A stretch of DNA of 64,000 nt, taken from NCBI GenBank assembly GCA_964016885.1, contig OZ024755.1:42160001-42224000 (forward strand), in the 5' to 3' direction. The position numbers and the translations under genes were made by a program. Under the pieces are notes generated by a model. The model was not told where the DNA came from, did not search any database, and worked only from the letters and a program-made list of their open reading frames with translations. Positions 57,391 to 64,000 of this stretch are shown piece after piece. Source of the stretch: Eledone cirrhosa. Lineage: Eukaryota. Positions within the stretch are counted from its first letter, which is position 1, and the number at the start of each line of letters is the position of its first letter.

Positions 57391-57789
57391 GTGTGTAATT
57401 GATTACAAATTCGTTCTAGCAGCTCCTGTGACAGGCTGCTGTCGAACTGTAGCAGCCTCGCTGTTCTTTTGGATCCATCGGCGTTGTGGGGCGGGAGACA
57501 TGCTGCATGGGCAACATCCTGTCCTCCGAATCACATCACCCAGGCTTGTATCCAGCCCCTCCATTCTATGCAACACTCATCAACACAACCTGCACGATAC
57601 ATCTGGAGAAGACACTCCAGCTTCACCTACAGCATGAACACAACACGGAGTAGCAGTTACTGGTGATAAGCCTTCAATCATTTGGCGTAAAAGCAAGGTA
57701 CCAGGGGTTGCTCCCGAGAGATTTTCAGATCTTACTGGACAGCTATCGCCCACCTCAAGCTGGGCAGCCCTCAGCCAGTAAGGTGCTGT

Positions 57790-58545
57790 CCTGTCACCGG
57801 CAGCTGTACGACATTGTGAAGGCACACATGGTGCACGGTCCGTGCGGTCCCGGTTTTCAAGAGTTCTCTTCATGCCACAAGGATCATGTGTGCACTAAAC
57901 GATACCCAAAGAGGTTTGTTGAGGAGACCCAGACCGGCGGCGACGGATACCCACTGTACAGACGAAGGCGGCCTAAGAACGGTGGATTCACTATGACGTT
58001 ACGGGGTCATCAAGTTGATAATAGGTGGGTGGTCCCGTACTGTCCATTTCTGATGAACACTTTCAACGCTCATATAAATGTGGAGTTCTGTCATTCAGTG
58101 AAGTCGATAAAGTACATATGTAAATATGTTAACAAGGGTTCCGACGATGCCATGTTCGGCCTTCAAAACGACAATAGCAGGGACGAGGTCTCGGAGTACT
58201 TGGCGGGTCGATATATCAGCAGTGGTGAAGCTTTTTGGCGGATATTCGGGTTTCCACTTCACCAAAGGCATCCCGCCATCATACAACTAGCGGTTCATTT
58301 GGAAAACGGCCAGCGGGCTTACTTTACTGAACAGACTGCTGCCCATTTGGCGGCCAATCCAAAAGAAACAACTTTGACTGTTTTTTTTACGCTTTGCCAA
58401 CTTGACACATTTGCAAAAGAACTTTCATATCCTCAGGTTCCGTCCTACTACGTGTGGTCAAACAACACTTGAGTGCGTAGGAAGTCAGGTCAGGATGTTG
58501 AAGGACATTTGTCTAGGAAGAGTGTACACTGTACCTCCCAACCAT
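57790..58545 (+). pseudogene. Helitron Rep domain fragment
   Basis: HMVHGPCG, CTKRYPK, GYPLYRRR, DNRWVVPY, AHINVE, SIKYICKYVNKG, RYISSGEAFWRI, LAVHLENGQ; stop at 58470. Confidence 0.92.
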
Positions 58546-59465
58546 ATTATAGTTATATTTAATTTCCTTAAATTAATCGATAACTTCACTAGTTCCTTTC
58601 CATAATTTTAAATAAGATAATTCCTTAATTTGTGGTATTATTCTGTCTAAAATATTCTTGCTAAGTTTGCCAAGGTCCGATTTGGATGGTGCAATTAATC
58701 TGATTGGTAATACAGTTTCAAAGTTCCTATTGTGATCCTTCATATTAATTTTAGGTTTCCTTGGCATGAAGGGTTGTGTCTTATTTTCAATGCCTAGTTC
58801 ATGCATTATATAAGAGGCATCTGTATTCAATTTTTCAAGGTCGTTATTACTTGTTACTTTGTATTTCTTCCTTAATTCCTTTAATATAAGATCGTTATAG
58901 ATGTCCTTTTGTATTCCGTAAAGATTATTGGTTTTGTCTGACTTGACTAGAATTTTCTCCGTTTTCTCTAAGTTTTCAATATTATTTTTGATATTTCTTA
59001 GGTAATCCTGGCCTTTGAAGTTATTTTTGAATTTGATGCTTTGGATGATAGATATGATTTCATTTTCAAAATCCATTAGTAGTTTGTTGGGGGGTGGATT
59101 TTTTTTAGATTTGAAGATTTTAAAATCTACTGTGATTTAAAAATATCCGAAACTAATTTGCATAATAGTATAAATAAATTTATAACCCCACTATCCGGGA
59201 GCTTCCAACAGAAATGGTCGCATTCTTTAAGGGTATGTCAATATTTATTTATAAAACTGCTCTATATTATATTTTATCTGATGAAAGCACACCATAATTT
59301 AACTTGGTGTCCTTGAAATATGTATAATGAAATAAATATGGTTTTATAAATATAGTTTCCATTTGTTAATATATCGTATTTTTACTCCAATAATTTGTTG
59401 AGTGCTTTATATCAGTTATAAAAATATTTGCTTGTTGTATCCCAACAATTTAAATAGAACTTCTA
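58546..59465 (-). mobile_element. Penelope-like 5' ORF fragment with inverted HHR-bearing pseudo-LTR (59240-59465)
   Basis: VKSDKTNNLY, MKDHNRNF..IRLIAPSKSDLG; HHR on the + strand at 59270. Confidence 0.8.
59270..59334 (+). ncRNA. Hammerhead ribozyme
   Basis: tattttat CTGATGA aagcacacca...tggtgtcctt GAAA t-atgt-a TA atgaaata. Confidence 0.75.
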
Positions 59466-59702
59466 CATATATATTTATATATATTATATATATATATATA
59501 TTATATATATATATTATATATATATATTATATATATATATTATATATATATATTATATATATAATATATATATATATATATTATATATATATATTATATA
59601 TATATATATATTATAAATATATATAATTGTTTCTACGTTAGGCACAAGGCCAGCAAATACCCAGTGTATTACTGGTACTTTATTTACTATACATTATATA
59701 TA

Positions 59703-59754
<52 letters not shown>

Positions 59755-59969
59755 TAAGTTAAAGTGTACATCTACATATGTATACGGAAGTATTAGTATG
59801 CATATAAATACACACATGTATACATATGTACATGTACTCAGCTTTTCACTAGACACTTTACAGTGAGTGTCAGCTAGTCTGTATGTAACCACACAGGCGG
59901 ACCGGGTTTTAGAGTCATACGAGTTTTCAAGGAAACACATTTCCTCTATTCTCCAGAGGGCCAGACAGG

Positions 59970-60014
59970 AATATTGGACTAGTTTCGATGTTATTACATC
60001 TCATCAGCAATATT
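59970..60014 (-). ncRNA. Type I hammerhead ribozyme
   Basis: Identical to 3684-3728. Confidence 0.9.
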
Positions 60015-60438
60015 TACCCATCTTCCGGCTTCTCTGGAGAATTGTAAAAGCACATATCGTTATATGCTTTTTCTATGAAAATTAGTAGTGGGTAGACTAA
60101 TTTGCATAGAACGTGAGTCATTGTACGCACCGGTTCAGCGGAAACGATAAAAACAAATAACGAAACGAAATTAAATTTCGTTTCGCTTCTAACTCACTTT
60201 TGTATGACTGACGCTTAAACAATTAAGTTAAAGTGTACATCTACATATGTATACGGAAGTATTAGTATGCATATAAATACATACATGTATACATATGTAC
60301 ATGTACTCAGCTTTTCACTAGACACTTTACAGTGAGTGTCAGCTAGTCTGTATGTAACCACACAGGCGGACCGGGTTTTAGAGTCATACGAGTTTTCAAG
60401 GAAACACATTTCCTCTATTCTCCAGAGGGCCAGACAGG

Positions 60439-60483
60439 AATATTGGACTAGTTTCGATGTTATTACATCTCATCAGCAATATT
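60439..60483 (-). ncRNA. Type I hammerhead ribozyme
   Basis: Identical to 3684-3728. Confidence 0.9.
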
Positions 60484-60955
60484 TACCCATCTTCCGGCTT
60501 CTCTGGAGAATTGTAAAAGCACATATCGTTATATGCTTTTTCTATGAAAATTAGTAGTGGGTAGACTAATTTGCATAGAACGTGAGTCATTGTACGCACC
60601 GGTTCAGCGGAAACGATAAAAACAAATAACGAAACGAAATTAAATTTCGTTTCGCTTCTAACTCACTTTTGTATGACTGACGCTTAAACAATTAAGTTAA
60701 AGTGTACATCTACATATGTATACGGAAGTATTAGTATGCATATAAATACACACATGTATACATATGTACATGTACATATGTACATGTACTCAGCTTTTCA
60801 CTAGACACTTTACAGTGAGTGTCAGCTAGTCTGTATGTAACCACACAGGCGGACCAGGTTTTAGAGTCATACAAAAGTGAGTTAGAAGCGTCAGTCATAC
60901 AAAAGTGAGTTAGAAGCGAAACGAAATTTAATTTCGTTTCGTTATTTGTTGTTTG

Positions 60956-61001
<46 letters not shown>

Positions 61002-61005
<4 letters not shown>

Positions 61006-61235
61006 GGTGGATTGGCAGTATCGGTAGAGGGTCGGCTGCCATGCTTTGACGCATAGAGTTACGGCCCTTGCCATTCTGAGTTCAAATCCCGTCAGGGATT
61101 TGTCTATATATATATATATATAATTGTTTCTACTTTTGGCAGAAGGCCAGCAATTACCCAGTGCATTACTGGTACTTTATTTTATCGACCCCGTAAGGAT
61201 GAAAGGCAAAGTTAACCTCGGCGGGATTTGAACTC
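61002..61235. mobile_element. SINE head (+, 61002-61100) and SINE tail (-, 61123-61235)
   Basis: Matches to the 2750 family. Confidence 0.75.
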
Positions 61236-61822
61236 ATATATATATAAAACTGAGGATGTCTGTGTGTGTGTGAGTTTGAATCCCTAAAACTAGAGAAGCA
61301 CCCAACCGACTGTTTTCAAACTTTACACATGTAATACCTATGTTTCAGGGAGTATTCTGAGCAAAGAATATTTCAAATTTTCAATGCCCTAGGGACCGCA
61401 TTAAGCGATTTAGCGATCTATCTCTACAATTCTTAGCCTTTCTTTTTTTATATAGATACATACATATAACGTCGCGCCCTTATAATATCTCTCTGTATGT
61501 CTGGCTGTCTGCATTACGTCACTTCCTACAATTCGCTCTGCACCCAGAACGCGCCCTTATAATATCTGTCTGTATGTCTGGCTGTCTGCTGCCTCCGGTT
61601 ATTCAGCCACCCTTACTCAAGACAAATCTCACACTCTTTCCCCAAACAGTTGGTAAGTGCATACAACTTCTTCCTCGCGTTTTAAGCCACAGTGTTGCTT
61701 ACTTACATACCACCAGACCCTTACTTCTTTGCCAGCCGTGGTTGTGGCAATACTAAGCTTAGCTAAGGTGGTTATATATTTCACAATACCTTATCCCGTG
61801 CAACGCCGGGTACCACTGCTAG
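61234..61822 (+). mobile_element. Non-autonomous Helitron
   Basis: 5' tc-atatatatataaaa; 3' hairpin cccg-tgcaacgc-cggg followed by CTAG|T. Confidence 0.8.
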
Positions 61823-62007
61823 TATATATATAATAATGATACCATTTATAGTTATGTATACACTATATAGAACTATAAACAGGAAAGGTCAGTAATTTAT
61901 TACTACCTTATTACCACTAAGAAAAATAGCTCAATGTCAATACATCAGATGTTTTACAGAGCAGGAATATAAATTACACAACAATCAAAGTTATGTTCAA
62001 ATCATTT

Positions 62008-62060
62008 TATTTCTGACAATCGTTTCTTCCAAACTTTCGTTTGGAATCGTCGGAGCATTA
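62008..62060 (-). ncRNA. Hammerhead-like motif, CCGACGA core
   Basis: Reverse complement: ct CCGACGA ttccaaac-gaaa-gtttggaa GAAA cg-at-tg TC ag; stem I is weak. Confidence 0.55.
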
Positions 62061-62770
62061 GCAATGTTTGTACATATAATTAACCTCCTATTCAACTGAA
62101 CAATCATGTAGATACATGAATATTAATGTTGTCAACAACAGTTTCGTATTTACAGAATGGAATGGATGCGACATATATTACAAGAGAATTGTACAATAAT
62201 TAAAATAAAAAACCATAGAGTGGAATACATGCGACAGATATCGCAAAGGGAAAGGTATAATAATTAAAGAGGCATTAAGGAGAACAGTTACTCGTAAAAC
62301 CAGGACACCAGCAGTACATATGAAACCGTGTGGAGAGTGTAAATGCGATAGCCATATATAGGAAGGAGACAATCAATGGTATTAGGCATATATAATTACT
62401 GTATGGCAAAGGTATCACATAAAAGATAACATAGGTTTACAAGCATATCAAGCAGAGGTATTGGTGTATTAATATTACGAGTGTATGGTGGATGTAATGC
62501 GATGATTGTTTCTGTTATGTTCAAATGTGTTGAGAGTATCACTGTTATTGCTATCATTTCCATTACATTGGTTAAGTTCTATTTTAGTGAATGTTTTTAG
62601 TCAGTTACAGTTATGGATTGTATATTGGTCCTATTATATATTTATCCTTGGTTTGAGTTGTTCTATAGCGATTCTTTTAACGGTTTTCCTTAGATAGACT
62701 ATCCAAGGAAAACTTGAACCGTTAAGGTATATTCTCCTTGGTTATGTCAAAATTTATATAACACACTTCG

Positions 62771-62831
62771 TATTTTATCTGATAATAGCGTACCAAAATT
62801 TTGGTTCCCTTGAAATACATATAATAGAATA
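62771..62831 (+). ncRNA. Degenerate hammerhead (CTGATAA), 8176 family
   Basis: tattttat ctgataa tagcgtacc...ggttccctt GAAA tacata TA atagaata. Confidence 0.55.
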
Positions 62832-62994
62832 AATGTGGTTATATAAATATAGCTTCCATTTATTTAATATCATTGTATGTTATACTCCAGAAAACTTGTC
62901 GAGTGCTCTGAATCAGTTATAAACATTTATATTTGTTGAATTACCAAATTGAATATCCCTTCTGCTTATATATATTCACCAGGCTAAAAATTCT

Positions 62995-63136
62995 AATTTA
63001 GTCCAGAAATAGCCGTCGAAACGGCTTGAGCTCTGCAGTCGGGGTCATACTTTTTTCTATTTCCCACTCTACTACCCTAAGTAATAAGTACTCTGGTGCG
63101 TTATGGTCCATCTGGTTCCTTACCAGTATTCCTTTG

Positions 63137-63140
<4 letters not shown>
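62995..63140 (+). mobile_element. Pseudo-LTR 3' fragment, truncated in HHR stem II, no fold-back
   Basis: Same family as 5176 and 42766. Confidence 0.7.
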
Positions 63141-63203
<63 letters not shown>

Positions 63204-63274
63204 ACGAATATTTCATGTTATAGATTTTATCATTCAATATTCAAATTGAATATTGTTAAAATAAAATAAACATT

Positions 63275-64000
63275 GTAATAACGCAATCCTGGTATTATTC
63301 TTTGCATTGAAACCATCATACCAACAATTCCATCTATTTATTTATCCGTTACAACTGGATTATCCGCTACAACTGGTGACCCCGTGAAACAGACACACAA
63401 CCTTCTGATTATTCACTACAAACGAGGTCTCTAGCACACGACGATAAATCTACGGCAGAAATGGCAGTCCGGGTGGTGTTTACATTAAGGATACCACCAT
63501 TCTGGGTGCACGATCCAACACTGCGGTTCGCGCACATCGAAGCGCAGTTCGCATCGAACCGGATCGTTAGCGAGGCATCTCATCTAACACATGTCATTGG
63601 TTCGATGTCTCCGGAGATTATGAATGAGGTTCGAGACCTCATTTTAGCAACATCCGGCTCTGTGTCATATGACACATTTAAAACGACGTTAATTGCCTTG
63701 TGCCTAAAGTAGAAACAGTTAATTAAGCTGGATGTCGGAGTCGCAGCAGAAGCGCTTACACCAGCTCCTCATATCGGAGGAATTAGGAGATAAAAAGCCG
63801 ACGCAACTCCTACGGCGAATGAAGCAGCTCCTGGGAGAACATACACTCCCGGATGAAATTTTCAAGCAACTCTTCCTCCAGCGTTTGCCTTCTGCCGCAC
63901 AAGTTGTCTTAGCGTCCACCACCATTGAAGAACTTGCGAGCTTACAGATAAGATCATGGATGTACCCATCCGCACTCGACTTTAGCGAATGTGACGCCAG
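63275..64000 (+). mobile_element. Ty3/Gypsy LTR retrotransposon 5' end (LTR end, PBS, decayed gag)
   Basis: PBS tggtgaccccg at 63374; [37 protein letters not shown]. Confidence 0.85.

Larger units (their letters stand above)
59751..60962 (-). mobile_element. 469-bp hammerhead tandem element, ~2.4 units plus inverted terminal piece, in (TA)n
   Basis: Period 469; reverse complement of 3487-4020; 60865-60962 is inverted. Confidence 0.88.

Noticed and set aside
59680-60554. Short 64-86 aa ORFs in the 469-bp unit
   Set aside because: No recognisable domain, occur on both strands, and recur only because of the repeat.

Overview
AT-rich, repeat-saturated animal DNA; the tRNA/CORE-type SINE families and huge (TA)n tracts point to an octopus genome (inference). 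Only one host coding exon is visible: a small heat-shock/alpha-crystallin protein exon (minus strand, 2111-2450). The rest is mobile DNA and repeats. These include four GIY-YIG Penelope-like (Naiad-type) retroelements and many orphan pseudo-LTR fragments in (TA)n. There is one intact two-ORF Tx1/L1-like LINE nested in a 72-bp satellite grown out of a TTAA MITE. A Dong/R4 LINE sits in a (TAA)n tract inside a Penelope ORF. RTE, CR1, Helitron and Gypsy fragments, SINEs and SINE-seeded satellites fill the remainder. The most striking hidden signal is about 20 type I hammerhead ribozyme (HHR) motifs read by eye. They include a non-coding 469-bp tandem HHR element (retrozyme/circRNA candidate), compensatory U3:A8 and U4C core variants, and fold-back insertions whose turning points fall in ribozyme stems.
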